Translations under genes and position numbers: made by a program
Notes under the pieces: generated by a model
What the model saw: the letters and a program-made list of their open reading frames with translations, nothing else
Told to the model about the DNA's origin: nothing
Databases searched by the model: none
IMG/VR virus record: IMGVR_UViG_3300022738_000051
Span: 1 to 38,836 of that record
Origin: a virus
Lineage: Duplodnaviria > Caudoviricetes
Length of the DNA: 38,836 bases
Reading direction: 5' to 3' (one strand)
Shown: one piece after another, positions 1 to 9,396 of the stretch
How positions within the stretch are numbered: the stretch's first letter is position 1
How the letters are laid out: every line of letters starts with the position of its first letter

Positions 1-306
1 ATGACAACCACTAAAAAGTGGGACCGAGCAGCCATCAAGGATGAGCTGCTCCGGCAGAATAAGACGCTAACCGGCATCGCACGCGATGCCGGGCTTTATT
101 CCAGCGCTTGCCGGCAGGGTTTCATCGGAGCGAGCCGCCCGGGTGCCGAGGCTTTAGCCGCAGCGCTAGGCGTTCCGTTCCGCGAAATGTTCCCTGACAT
201 GTACACGCGCGGTCGTCACGACAGCCCGAACACTACCAGCAACAAGCCGCCGCGCGATAGCGCAAAAACCCCTCGTTCGGCTGACACTGCCGAGAGGGCA
301 TTATGA
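1..306 (+). CDS. ner: Ner-like HTH transcriptional regulator (lytic switch)
   Basis: WDRAAIKDELLRQNKTLTGIA...EALAAALGVPFREMFPDMY follows the Ner/SfsB pattern; first gene of the early operon. Confidence 0.85.
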   Translation: MTTTKKWDRAAIKDELLRQNKTLTGIARDAGLYSSACRQGFIGASRPGAEALAAALGVPFREMFPDMYTRGRHDSPNTTSNKPPRDSAKTPRSADTAERAL

Positions 307-1199
307 ACGCACTGTCTAAAATCCCGCATGGCGTGAACATCGTCGATACGCCGACCAGAGGTAGCCTGCAGGCGGTCGAGATCGCCTCGATCGACGTCGC
401 GCCAAATCATCGCAAGCCTGACCCGGATTGGGTTCAGGCGCTCCGTGAGGACATGATCCATCGCGGCCAGCAGACGCCGATCCAGCTCGTCGACTTCGGC
501 AGTCGCTTCCTTCTCATCAAGGGCTTGCGCCGCATGCTCGCCGTCGAGCAGCTTGGGCTCGTCTACGTCGACGCCATGGTGCAGTCGGCCAGCGAGTTCA
601 GCTCCGAAGCGGCCATCCGCATGGCGCAGATATCGGCGCAGATCATGCGCCGGGAGCTTTCCGTTCTTGATCGGTCGCTGAACGTCGCAGATTGGCGCAC
701 GCTCTACGAGACCACCGCGGGTGTAGTACGACCGGGCCGGAGGGCAATTAGGGGCAAACTTGCACCTAATTCGGATGACGTGCTCGACGAGCACGCGGAA
801 CTGTTCGCCGGCAGCTTCAGCGATGCAGCCCAGCGCGCCCTCGGGATGAGCAAGGACGCGGTCAAGCGCTACCTGCGGATCGCCAGGATCGACGCGGTTG
901 TCGTCGGTCGCATCGCCCTCCACGATATCGCGGATAACCAATCGGAACTGCTGGCGCTGGCTGCGGAGACGGCGGACCGTCAGGCGGCGATCGCCGATCT
1001 GCTCTTGTCTCAGCCGGCCGGCGCCAGCAGCGTGGCGGGTGCGCTCTACGTCATCGACGGCAAGCTCCCCGCCGCCGCCCTCGCGCCCTGGGAAACCTTC
1101 TCGCAGCGCTTCACGAAGCTGAAGGAGCCCGAGCAGGAACGGTTCTTCGAACTGCACACGGCAGCAATCGAGCGCTGGCTCGCAAAGCGGAGCAACTGA
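303..1199 (+). CDS. ParB/Srx N-terminal domain protein with HTH
   Basis: LREDMIHRGQQTPIQL...LIKGLRRMLA resembles ParB boxes I/II (GxRR); HTH-like AAQRALGMSKDAVKRYL. Confidence 0.75.
   Translation: MNALSKIPHGVNIVDTPTRGSLQAVEIASIDVAPNHRKPDPDWVQALREDMIHRGQQTPIQLVDFGSRFLLIKGLRRMLAVEQLGLVYVDAMVQSASEFSSEAAIRMAQISAQIMRRELSVLDRSLNVADWRTLYETTAGVVRPGRRAIRGKLAPNSDDVLDEHAELFAGSFSDAAQRALGMSKDAVKRYLRIARIDAVVVGRIALHDIADNQSELLALAAETADRQAAIADLLLSQPAGASSVAGALYVIDGKLPAAALAPWETFSQRFTKLKEPEQERFFELHTAAIERWLAKRSN
746..771. promoter_or_regulatory. AT-rich 26-bp imperfect palindrome inside the ParB-like gene (candidate parS/operator)
   Basis: AATTAGGGGCAA-AC-TTGCACCTAATT; 11 of 12 arm positions complementary. Confidence 0.5.
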
Positions 1200-1657
1200 T
1201 GGCCCGCAAGCGCGACCCCTTCACGGTCGATCTTTTCAGCGAATTCAGGCCGGGGCCCGTCGTCGAGCGTTTCGACATCGAGGAGGTCAAGGCGTGGTCG
1301 CTGTCCGGACGGTTGGCGAAGGCGGTCGCGCTGACCATGGAGACCAGCGGCAAGTCTCGCGAGGAGATCGCCGCCGAGATGACTGAGGTTACCAAGGCCA
1401 ACGTTTCCAAGTCCATGCTGGATGCCTACGCCAGCCAGGCACGCGAACAGCATTCGATTTCCGCCTTGCGCCTTGCGGCGCTGGCAATCGTCACCGGCGA
1501 CGCCCGAGCCTTCAACACGCTTCTCGAAGAGGCCGGGCTGATCGTCGTTCCCAAAAGATACGAGGCTCTCCTCCGCCGAGAACGGGCACGCGAACTGCTC
1601 GAAAAGCTGGAGCGCGAGGAGAAGGCCGCAGATGCCGAATGGAGGGCAAACCGTTGA
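1199..1657 (+). CDS. putative phage DNA-binding/regulatory protein
   Basis: 152-aa ORF coupled by TGATG; HTH-like SREEIAAEMT...VSKSMLDAYAS. Confidence 0.7.
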   Translation: MARKRDPFTVDLFSEFRPGPVVERFDIEEVKAWSLSGRLAKAVALTMETSGKSREEIAAEMTEVTKANVSKSMLDAYASQAREQHSISALRLAALAIVTGDARAFNTLLEEAGLIVVPKRYEALLRRERARELLEKLEREEKAADAEWRANR

Positions 1658-1788
1658 TCCGGGCACTTCTCGATCTCCACCCCCGCGACCTCGTCGCGCT
1701 GGCTGTTGTCATCGTCTTCGTCATAGCGGTCTCGGTGAGTTCCTGCGAACTCGCCGACGCCGTCCAGGCGGCGAGGAACGGCCGATGA
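1654..1788 (+). CDS. small membrane protein (44 aa), not in the ORF track
   Basis: TTG start overlapping the upstream TGA, GGAGGG RBS at 1641-1646; MIRALLDLHPRDLVALAVVIVFVIAVSVSSCELADAVQAARNGR; stop overlaps the next ATG. Confidence 0.6.
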   Translation: MIRALLDLHPRDLVALAVVIVFVIAVSVSSCELADAVQAARNGR

Positions 1789-1949
1789 GCCATCTGAGCG
1801 AACGCGACGTCGTGATGTTGGTCCTGATCTTCGTCACCACGGTATGGGCGATCAGCGCCACCCTCGTCGCCGTCCACCTGACTGGCCGGGAGAGCTTCAT
1901 CGCGTGGCTCATCGCCGACCTTTGCCGCACGTTCCGGAGGAAAGAATGA
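1785..1949 (+). CDS. small membrane protein (54 aa)
   Basis: ATGA-coupled start with GAGGA RBS; hydrophobic VVMLVLIFVTTVWAISATLVAV. Confidence 0.6.
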   Translation: MSHLSERDVVMLVLIFVTTVWAISATLVAVHLTGRESFIAWLIADLCRTFRRKE

Positions 1950-2197
1950 GCACTCGCGTCGAACATCACGTCGCCTGCCATCCCGAGGCATGGGCCTTCC
2001 TCACGTCCTATTTCCTGCGTCCCACCCGGCCGAGCTTTGCGCGTAGCTATCAGGCGCTCATGCGCGCGGCGCAACAACACGGCTGGGCTCCGATCCCTTC
2101 GAAGTCCTCCCTTTTCCGCCGTCTCTATGCGGAAATTCCGATGGCCACGCAAATGAGCCTCCGCATGCCCAGCAAGCCCGTTCGGAGGGCACGCTGA
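1946..2197 (+). CDS. stand-alone Mu transposase I-gamma-like DNA-binding domain
   Basis: EAWAFLTSYFLRPTRPSFARSYQALMRAAQQHGWAPIPSKSSLFRRL closely follows the MuA I-gamma pattern; GGAGG RBS, ATGA overlap. Confidence 0.75.
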   Translation: MSTRVEHHVACHPEAWAFLTSYFLRPTRPSFARSYQALMRAAQQHGWAPIPSKSSLFRRLYAEIPMATQMSLRMPSKPVRRAR

Positions 2198-2424
2198 TGG
2201 TAACCAAGATTTCGATCATCGGCCAGATTGCGGAGGCCAAACGCCTCTTGGCTGACCAGGAGCAACGCTATGGCCAGATGGTGAACGCCGGAAAGATGCG
2301 CCGGGAAGAGGCGGAGATGCTGATGCAGCGCCTCTACGCCATCCTGGAAACGCTCCAGTTCTGCCAGGAACACCGCGCCGGCTTCATCGAATATCTGGCC
2401 GCGAAGAAGGCAGGCACGGCATGA
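2197..2424 (+). CDS. hypothetical phage protein
   Basis: 75-aa ORF coupled at both ends. Confidence 0.7.
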   Translation: MVTKISIIGQIAEAKRLLADQEQRYGQMVNAGKMRREEAEMLMQRLYAILETLQFCQEHRAGFIEYLAAKKAGTA

Positions 2425-4607
2425 GGGAGTGGCTGAGCGCACAAGAGATTGCGGACGAGCGCCTGCCCGATCTGCCGACAACGAAACGGGGTGTAAACAA
2501 GCTGGCAGACGCTGCCGGCTGGAACACCCATCCCTGCTATGTCCGCGACCGCGCAGCAGTCGGCGGTGGCTTTGAATACAACTATCGTATCCTGCCGACG
2601 CTGCCGCAGGTCGCCTATGTCCAGCGCCACATGGTGGTGGGTACCGAGACGGCCGAGCCGGAAGCACCGGCCACAGCCGTGACGCCGGCCATGGTGAGCA
2701 ATCGCGCCGCGATGGAGCGCGATGCACGTCTTGCCATCCTCGGCGCCTTCGATCGTTTCTCGCGCGGTATGCGGCTGCACCAGCGCGCATGCATGCAGAT
2801 ATTCTGCGACCGCTATGCCATGGGCATGATCAAGGTCGACGACTGGGTGAAAGACCTCGTGCCTTCGGTCTCCAAGCGTTCGCTCGCCCGCTGGCGCTCC
2901 ATCAAATCCACCGGCGCCGAGAATGCCCTGGCCGTCGACCGTGGAAAGGCTCGGGCCGGAACCGGCGTTCTCGACACGGCCAATGGCGGAAAGATGCGTA
3001 CGTTCCTGCTGGCGCTCATCGCCAAAGCGCCGCAGCTCGCCGCCTCCGACGTCCGGACGCAATGCCGGTATGAGTTCGGCGATACGCTTGAAGTGGTTTC
3101 AAAGGGTGTTCGAAGGAGCGTTGAACTGCCCCCGGTCCGCACCTTCCAGCACTTCCTGAAGGCGCTGAAGGAAAACCACGCCGTCGAACTGACCAAGCTC
3201 ACGAACCCCGACAAGTTTCGCTCGACGATGGCGCTCTCCGGTGTCGGCACCCTTCGTCACATTACGGAGCCGAACGCCCTCTGGCAGATCGACGCCTCGC
3301 CAGTGGATGCCCTTTGCACCGACGGCCGGCACGCCATCTATTGCTGCATCGACATCGCGACGCGCCGATCCATCTGGTACGTCTCGCGCACGCCTCGCGC
3401 CTCGGCCGTTGCCCTGCTCATGCGCAAGGCCATCCTCGCCTGGGGCAAGCCCGATGCCGTCAAGACGGACAACGGGTCCGACTTCGTGGCCCGCGACACC
3501 AAGCGCCTGTTCGCCTCCGTATCGATCGAGCCGATCGTGTCCGACGCCTACAGCCCCGAGCAGAAGGGGCACGTCGAGCGCATGATCAAGACCTTCCAGC
3601 ACAAGTTCGCCGTGCTGCTGCCGGGCTATGTCGGGCACTCCGTCACGGACCGGAAGGCGATCGAAGACCGCAAGAGCTTCGCCGCCCGCCTCGGCGAGGA
3701 CGATGCGGAAACCTTCGGCGTCGCGCTCTCCGGCGCCGAGCTGCAGGACGCGGTCGATCGCTGGGCCTCGACGATGTACGAGCACGAGCCCCATGCCGGC
3801 CTGGGCGGTCGCACGCCCTTCCAGGTGGCGGCGTCCTCGACGGCACCGATCCGCACGGTCGACGAACGCGCACTGGACGTCTTGTTGATGCCGGTGGTCG
3901 GCAATGACGGCCGCCGCACGGTGACGAAGTTCGGCATCCGGATCGACCACCGCCACTATATCGCCGCGTCCATCCTGCCGGGCACCGACGTCTTCGTCCG
4001 CCGCGATCCGAACGACATGGGCCGCGCGCATGCTTTCAGCCTGGATGGTGGCATCTATCTCGGCGAGGCCCTTTGCCCCGAGCTGGCAGGCGTCCACCCG
4101 GAAACGTGGGTCCAGGCGCAGAAGGAGCTGCGGGCGGAGATCATCCGCGAAAAGACGTCCGAGATCCGCAAGGGCATCAGGGAGATCAACAAGGGTCCGG
4201 CGCTGCACGAGCGTGCGCTCGCCGTTGCCGCCCGCGATATCCCGAACGTTGTTCCGCTACCGAAGCGGGAGGAACGCCACGAGACGCCGCAAATCGCCGC
4301 CGCGCTCGATGTCGGCGCCAGCCCCAAGAAAACGGCATCCATGGCGACGGACGCCCAGCGTGAAATCGTTCTTGCGGATCTCGCTCCCCAGCGGCCGTTC
4401 GAGAACGTCACCCCCATCCGTAGCGAACCGACCCCCGCCCAGCGCTTCCGCACGGCGCTCGATATCGAGCAGCGCCACGCGGCGGGCGAACAGGTCGATG
4501 CGGACCAGCTCATCTGGCTCGGCTCCTACCGGGAGAGCGCCGAATACAAGGCGCAGCGGGCCATGTGGGAGGACTTCGGCGATCAGGCGCCGGGACTGCG
4601 TACCTGA
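2421..4607 (+). CDS. Mu-like DDE transposase A
   Basis: N-terminal Mu repressor-like domain (EWLSAQEIA..LPDLPTTKRGV); catalytic WQID, KTDNGSDF, KGHVER; Mu-type C-terminal barrel. Confidence 0.95.
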   Translation: MREWLSAQEIADERLPDLPTTKRGVNKLADAAGWNTHPCYVRDRAAVGGGFEYNYRILPTLPQVAYVQRHMVVGTETAEPEAPATAVTPAMVSNRAAMERDARLAILGAFDRFSRGMRLHQRACMQIFCDRYAMGMIKVDDWVKDLVPSVSKRSLARWRSIKSTGAENALAVDRGKARAGTGVLDTANGGKMRTFLLALIAKAPQLAASDVRTQCRYEFGDTLEVVSKGVRRSVELPPVRTFQHFLKALKENHAVELTKLTNPDKFRSTMALSGVGTLRHITEPNALWQIDASPVDALCTDGRHAIYCCIDIATRRSIWYVSRTPRASAVALLMRKAILAWGKPDAVKTDNGSDFVARDTKRLFASVSIEPIVSDAYSPEQKGHVERMIKTFQHKFAVLLPGYVGHSVTDRKAIEDRKSFAARLGEDDAETFGVALSGAELQDAVDRWASTMYEHEPHAGLGGRTPFQVAASSTAPIRTVDERALDVLLMPVVGNDGRRTVTKFGIRIDHRHYIAASILPGTDVFVRRDPNDMGRAHAFSLDGGIYLGEALCPELAGVHPETWVQAQKELRAEIIREKTSEIRKGIREINKGPALHERALAVAARDIPNVVPLPKREERHETPQIAAALDVGASPKKTASMATDAQREIVLADLAPQRPFENVTPIRSEPTPAQRFRTALDIEQRHAAGEQVDADQLIWLGSYRESAEYKAQRAMWEDFGDQAPGLRT

Positions 4608-4616
4608 AAGGAGAAC

Positions 4617-4640
4617 GCCCGCTGGCGGCAACCAGCGGGC
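4617..4640. terminator. GC-rich hairpin between A and B (terminator or processing site)
   Basis: GCCCGCTGG-CGGCAA-CCAGCGGGC 9-bp stem; no + strand U-tract, pyrimidine run on the - strand. Confidence 0.4.
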
Positions 4641-4671
4641 GGATAGTCAGAAAAGAAATGAGGACTGAAGG

Positions 4672-5418
4672 ATGAATGCAATTACGAAACCTGTCAATCC
4701 CGGCTTCGGCTCGGTGGCGCCCCTGAAGAACGTCGCCGAATGCCTTGCCGTCGCGCAGAAGATCATCGACCGGCCGGCCGGCGTCGATGGCCTTGGCGTT
4801 TTCTTCGGCCCCTCCGGCTACGGGAAGTCGAAGGCCAGCCTGTACGTTCAGAACAAGACGAAGGCCGTCTACATCGAGGTCTTCGACTTCTGGACGAGGA
4901 AGGTGCTCGTCGAGAGCATTCTTGCCGAACTCGGGGTAGCTAATCCGAAGGGCTCGATCGCCACCATGATGAAGCAAGTTCTGCGGCTTCTGCAGGACGA
5001 TCCGAACCGGCTCCTCATTGTCGACGAGGCCGACAAGCTCGTGGACAAAGGCTTCATCGAATACATTCGCGACATCTATAAGGGCGCCCGTATTCCTGTG
5101 CTCCTCGTTGGTGAGGAGCGCCTGCCGGATAAACTCAAGGCCTATGAGCGGTGCGAGAACCGCGTGACGGCCTTCGGCATGGCGAACCCTTGCGACCTCG
5201 ACGATGCCCAGGCGCTCTCCAGCATCTACCACCGCCAGCTCCGCATCCATGATGACCTTCTCGCTCATATCGTGAAGGAGACTAGCGGTGTCACCTCCCG
5301 CATCGTCACCACGCTCGCCGAGGTAGGCCAGTTTGCCAAGGCCCGGCAGCTCTCCGAGATCACGCGTGAACAATACACCGGCCCGATCTTCACCGGCCGT
5401 GCGCCTCGGAGGAAGTGA
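4672..5418 (+). CDS. MuB-like AAA+ transposition ATPase
   Basis: Walker A GPSGYGKS, Walker B LLIVDEAD; directly after the transposase. Confidence 0.93.
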   Translation: MNAITKPVNPGFGSVAPLKNVAECLAVAQKIIDRPAGVDGLGVFFGPSGYGKSKASLYVQNKTKAVYIEVFDFWTRKVLVESILAELGVANPKGSIATMMKQVLRLLQDDPNRLLIVDEADKLVDKGFIEYIRDIYKGARIPVLLVGEERLPDKLKAYERCENRVTAFGMANPCDLDDAQALSSIYHRQLRIHDDLLAHIVKETSGVTSRIVTTLAEVGQFAKARQLSEITREQYTGPIFTGRAPRRK

Positions 5419-5421
5419 GCC

Positions 5422-6051
5422 ATGACGACAGCCCTTGACCTCACCGTTTCCAGCGCGAAACCGCTCCGTCACGGCATCGACTACGTCTGGTCGCTTATTC
5501 TCGAACTTACCCGCGAAGGCGACACTTTCCTTTACCGCGACATCGCCGGCATGTGCGATCAGAAGCAGCTTTCTAGGGTTCGCGGTGGTCTCCGCAACCT
5601 TGTCGCGGCCGGCTACCTTGCCCGCCTCCCGGAGGACCGACCCAAGGGAACACGGCCGTACCACCTGCTTAAGCGGCAAGCCGAGGCGCCAAATCTTCGC
5701 GCTGACGGTGGTGGTGAAAGCACCTTCGGCCGCGGCATCGAGCATATGTGGAATGTCATGCGGCGGGCCCACAACGGCTTCACCACCGCCGATCTTGCCA
5801 TTGATGCCAGCACCGACGAGGTGAACGTCAGCCATCAGCATGCCAAGGCCTATTGCTTGTTGCTGGAGCGCGCCGGCATCCTGAAAAGGCTGTCCAGCTC
5901 GAAGGGCGGCGTCGGCCGCAACGTCTATGTGCTTCTCGGCTCGGCAAACACCGGCCCGAAGCCGCCGAGACGCTACAAATCCACCTTCGTTTACGATGAG
6001 AACAAGGGGCGGGTCATTGGCACGATGACGGCCGAGGAGGTCGCGCCATGA
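5422..6051 (+). CDS. protein with two tandem winged-HTH-like repeats
   Basis: Internal repeat GIDYVWSLI...LRNLVAAGYL / GIEHMWNVM...CLLLERAGIL; position after B is typical of B3-like phages. Confidence 0.7.
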   Translation: MTTALDLTVSSAKPLRHGIDYVWSLILELTREGDTFLYRDIAGMCDQKQLSRVRGGLRNLVAAGYLARLPEDRPKGTRPYHLLKRQAEAPNLRADGGGESTFGRGIEHMWNVMRRAHNGFTTADLAIDASTDEVNVSHQHAKAYCLLLERAGILKRLSSSKGGVGRNVYVLLGSANTGPKPPRRYKSTFVYDENKGRVIGTMTAEEVAP

Positions 6052-6458
6052 TGGCCGTTCCGAACGCTCGCCCCGTTACAGACTACCTCGCGAAGGTCAA
6101 TGCAGCCTGGGGCGATGCCGCTCCGGACTGGGTTCTGGTGCTCGCCGAGGCATGCACCAGGGACAGCCAGAGCGCCGTCGCCCGGAAGGTCGGCTACTCC
6201 GCACCGACGATCAGCGCCGTCCTCGGCAATGCCTACAAGGGCAACATGCCGAAGGTCGAGGCGGCCGTGCGCTGGTACCTGATCGGCGACACCGTGCCGT
6301 GCCCCGTGCTCGGCGCCATCCTCAAAACCGAATGCCAGGACTGGCAGGCCAAGCCCTATGCGGCGACCTCGTCGCACCGTGTCGCGATGTTCCGCGCCTG
6401 CCGGGACGGCTGCCCCCACAGCAGCCTCACCACAGCAACCGAGGAGATCGAATCGTGA
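6048..6458 (+). CDS. XRE/Cro-like HTH regulator with Cys-rich C-terminus
   Basis: SQSAVARKVGYSAPTISAVL HTH; CPVLG...C...CRDGCPH. Confidence 0.8.
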   Translation: MMAVPNARPVTDYLAKVNAAWGDAAPDWVLVLAEACTRDSQSAVARKVGYSAPTISAVLGNAYKGNMPKVEAAVRWYLIGDTVPCPVLGAILKTECQDWQAKPYAATSSHRVAMFRACRDGCPHSSLTTATEEIES

Positions 6459-6709
6459 CCGCATACATCTCGCATGAACTGAAGAACATCGCCGGCCGGC
6501 TGCGCGACCATGACCACGAGGGCGTGGTGATGACCGGTGACGAGGTCGGCGCACTTGCCCGCCAGCTCGCCCATCTCGCCGACGCCTCCCAGCTCCTGGA
6601 AGGCGAGGTCATCCGGCACCGCCGCGACAAGGTGGTCCGCGAACGGTTCTGCGGCCGCACCCTTCCTCCGGGCGGCAACGTCGTCGATTTCCGGAGGCCG
6701 GAAGCATGA
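6455..6709 (+). CDS. hypothetical protein
   Basis: GTGA-coupled start with GAGGAG RBS; 84 aa. Confidence 0.65.
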   Translation: MTAYISHELKNIAGRLRDHDHEGVVMTGDEVGALARQLAHLADASQLLEGEVIRHRRDKVVRERFCGRTLPPGGNVVDFRRPEA

Positions 6710-7434
6710 TCGCGGCGATCAACCCCACAACCGAAGCCCATCAGCAGGGCGGCGTGCCGCCCCTTCAAAGCAGTTTTGAAAGGTCATCGAACATGGAAGT
6801 AGCCATTCTGGAAGCCGGTATCGTCCTCGTCAACGGCAAGGAATACATGCAGGACGCCAAGGGCGCCCTGGTGCCGCTCGCCTTGATCAAGCCGCAGGAC
6901 AAGCTGCAGGACGAAGTGGTCCGGAAGATCATGGGCCACGCCATCGACCTCAACGCGCAGCTCAGCCGTTTCCTCGGTTACAGCAACGTCGACCTCGGCG
7001 ATCTGGACGCGCTGCTCGCCCAGGAATACGGCGCCAAGATCGGCGGCGTGAAGGGCAACCGGACCTATCAGACAATCGACGGCCTGATGAAGGTGCAGGT
7101 GCAGGTAGCCGACCAGATCGACTTCGGGCCGGAGCTGCACATCGCCAAGAGCCTGATCGACGAGTGCCTGAATGAATGGTCGGCCGAGGCGCGGCCGGAA
7201 ATCCAGTCGATCGTCACGCGAGCCTTCAACACCGACAAGGAGGGCCGGATCAATCGGTCGGAGATTTTCATGCTGCTCCGGCAGGAGATCGCCGACGAAC
7301 GCTGGAAGCGGGCGATGGATGCCATCCGCGATTCGATGCGGGTCACCGGCACGAAGCAATACATGCGCTTCTACCGCCGCGACAGCATCACGGACGGCTG
7401 GCGCCCGGTGACCATCGATCTGGCCAAGGCGTGA
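6706..7434 (+). CDS. DUF3164 family protein (alternative start at 6793)
   Basis: YMQDAKGALVP..IKPQDKL, GGVKGNRTY, AFNTDKEGRIN, YMRFYRR motifs typical of Mu-like DUF3164. Confidence 0.85.
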   Translation: MIAAINPTTEAHQQGGVPPLQSSFERSSNMEVAILEAGIVLVNGKEYMQDAKGALVPLALIKPQDKLQDEVVRKIMGHAIDLNAQLSRFLGYSNVDLGDLDALLAQEYGAKIGGVKGNRTYQTIDGLMKVQVQVADQIDFGPELHIAKSLIDECLNEWSAEARPEIQSIVTRAFNTDKEGRINRSEIFMLLRQEIADERWKRAMDAIRDSMRVTGTKQYMRFYRRDSITDGWRPVTIDLAKA

Positions 7435-7444
7435 GGGCGAGGCG

Positions 7445-7684
7445 ATGGCAAAACGTACATCAAAAATCGGTCGCCGCTGCCTTCGCGGGAACTGGTCCCC
7501 GAAGCGGGCCCACGCCTTCGCCATGAAACGCGTCGGCGAGATAGAGCTGATCCTCGAAGAGATCGGCTACACCTACGGTGACGTCGATCAAAGCGTGGTC
7601 TCTGAATGCGACCAGCTCATCCATGAACTCCCCGTTCTCGTCCGCACCTTGGACGAGGCGCTTGCAGAGGGGCGTTCTCTATGA
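7445..7684 (+). CDS. hypothetical protein
   Basis: 79-aa ORF with GAGG RBS, coupled downstream. Confidence 0.6.
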   Translation: MAKRTSKIGRRCLRGNWSPKRAHAFAMKRVGEIELILEEIGYTYGDVDQSVVSECDQLIHELPVLVRTLDEALAEGRSL

Positions 7685-7938
7685 CCCGCGCCCTCGTCTC
7701 TGCCCGCGAGCGCAAGCTCCTTGACCTCAAGCGGTGCCCGTGCTGCGGCGCGGCTCGCGTCTCCTCGGCCGGTGGTCGCACTGCGGCGGTCGGCTTCTAT
7801 TGCAGCGCCGTTTTCCACCTGGATGCGAACGCCGAAATCATGCCGGCCGAAATCTGCCCGTCCGGCTCGTATGTCGCTGCCCAGGCACTCAACCGGGAAG
7901 CGCTTATCGAGGTCCAGAAGATGGCAGGTGCGGCATGA
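7681..7938 (+). CDS. small Zn-finger-like protein
   Basis: CPCCG...C...CP; ATGA coupling. Confidence 0.6.
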   Translation: MTRALVSARERKLLDLKRCPCCGAARVSSAGGRTAAVGFYCSAVFHLDANAEIMPAEICPSGSYVAAQALNREALIEVQKMAGAA

Positions 7939-8357
7939 CCCACGCCAGCTATAACGAAGCCCTCTTCGAGGAAGAGGCCCGCGTCGCCGCAATCTATCCG
8001 GTCGGGATGATCGGCGACACGGAATGCCCGCCGGGCTGGTTGCAGGAGCTTTGGGAAGACATCACCGAGGCGGACAATCCGCTTTTCCAGTCGCTGCCCG
8101 AGTTGAAGCCTGACGCAGAAGATGCCCGCGATTGGGCGCTCGCGCTGATCATGCACTCACGCGCCGGGCTCGTAGTGCGCTACGAGATTTGCATCCGCAA
8201 ATACTATCCGCCACCCGTCACCGCTTTCGAGAGCGGCTGGGGCTACTATAGGATTGGCAGCATCTACGTCGAGACGATCGACGAGATCGGGCCGGCTGTC
8301 TTGAAGATCGCCCGCGATCAGCATGAGGCCGAGCGCCTGAAGGCGGGTGCGGTATGA
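7935..8357 (+). CDS. hypothetical protein
   Basis: ATGA-coupled start (MTHASYNE...) within the longer track ORF. Confidence 0.7.
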   Translation: MTHASYNEALFEEEARVAAIYPVGMIGDTECPPGWLQELWEDITEADNPLFQSLPELKPDAEDARDWALALIMHSRAGLVVRYEICIRKYYPPPVTAFESGWGYYRIGSIYVETIDEIGPAVLKIARDQHEAERLKAGAV

Positions 8358-8995
8358 GGTTCTTTGCCACCCCCCGCCACCTTGTCGAGGCTATCGCCGA
8401 AGAGGCGCAGCCCCAGGGCTGCGAAGTCGTCGAGCGCGACGGCCGGGTTTTCCTGATCATCAACGTCGACTGCGAATGCGGCACGGCATCGGTCACCGAG
8501 ATCGACCTGACCGCCGTGGCCGAGCGCGTATGGGGGCGAGCCGCATGCGGTATCACCCACATCGAACCCGGGACAGAGACCGACGGCGAGATCTTGTGCT
8601 GGCAGGACGAGGACTTGTGCTCGCGCTGCCATGAGCGTCTGAACGACCAGCTCGTCCAGGACGCTGCCCGCTATCGCCACATCCGAAACCGCCAGTTCCG
8701 GGCGGTTGATATTGCCGCCGGAGGCGTCTTCGCCGGGATCGTCCATGCCAACCTCATTATCGGCGGCGAAGACCTCGACCGGGCCATCGACGCGGAAATG
8801 GGCGCAGACGTACCGGCGGTCGAGCCGCTGGAGCGCCGCTTGGCCAAGTGCCTCGCGGAGTGCGTCGATACGCCTTTGCTGACCGGAAAGGATGAGCCCG
8901 GCGGCTTCAATACGCCGTTGGACATTCGCCTTGGCTTCTTCCGGCCGGACCTCTCCGAGCGCGCTGCCGATCTGCTTGAGGAGGCCGGAATATGA
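8354..8995 (+). CDS. hypothetical protein, possibly a mosaic with Cys motifs
   Basis: 213-aa coupled ORF; ACG...CSRC and DAARYR..R...LDRAIDA segments common in phage accessory proteins. Confidence 0.65.
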   Translation: MRFFATPRHLVEAIAEEAQPQGCEVVERDGRVFLIINVDCECGTASVTEIDLTAVAERVWGRAACGITHIEPGTETDGEILCWQDEDLCSRCHERLNDQLVQDAARYRHIRNRQFRAVDIAAGGVFAGIVHANLIIGGEDLDRAIDAEMGADVPAVEPLERRLAKCLAECVDTPLLTGKDEPGGFNTPLDIRLGFFRPDLSERAADLLEEAGI

Positions 8996-9396
8996 ATGAA
9001 CAGCTCCTACCCTGCCCATTCTGCGGCGAGAAGGCCGACTTCGAGGAATCCATCGTCTGGTGGGTCCGATGCACGGAATGCTTCGGAGAAGCCGAAAGCT
9101 CCGAAACCATCGCCGGTGCTGCGGCCAACTGGAACCGCCGCACCGGAGCGCTCGCCGGCATTAAGATGCTTGAGTGGCGGCGAGGCTACTGCGATGACCG
9201 CGTGACCATCGAGCAGGCGTCTTGCGGATGGCTGTATCAGGTCCGTGTGCTTGATGGCGTGATCTATCTGGATTTGCCCGGCCGGTTGACGTTGCCGCGT
9301 TTCGAAACCGTCGATGCCGCGAAGGCCGCTGCTCAGAAGGATTTCGAGCGTCGCATCCGCTCCGCCAGCATCGCTTTGGGAGGCGACCATGAATAA
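8992..9396 (+). CDS. Lar-family restriction alleviation-like protein
   Basis: LLPCPFCG...VRCTECFG...AAANWNRR signature. Confidence 0.7.
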   Translation: MNEQLLPCPFCGEKADFEESIVWWVRCTECFGEAESSETIAGAAANWNRRTGALAGIKMLEWRRGYCDDRVTIEQASCGWLYQVRVLDGVIYLDLPGRLTLPRFETVDAAKAAAQKDFERRIRSASIALGGDHE

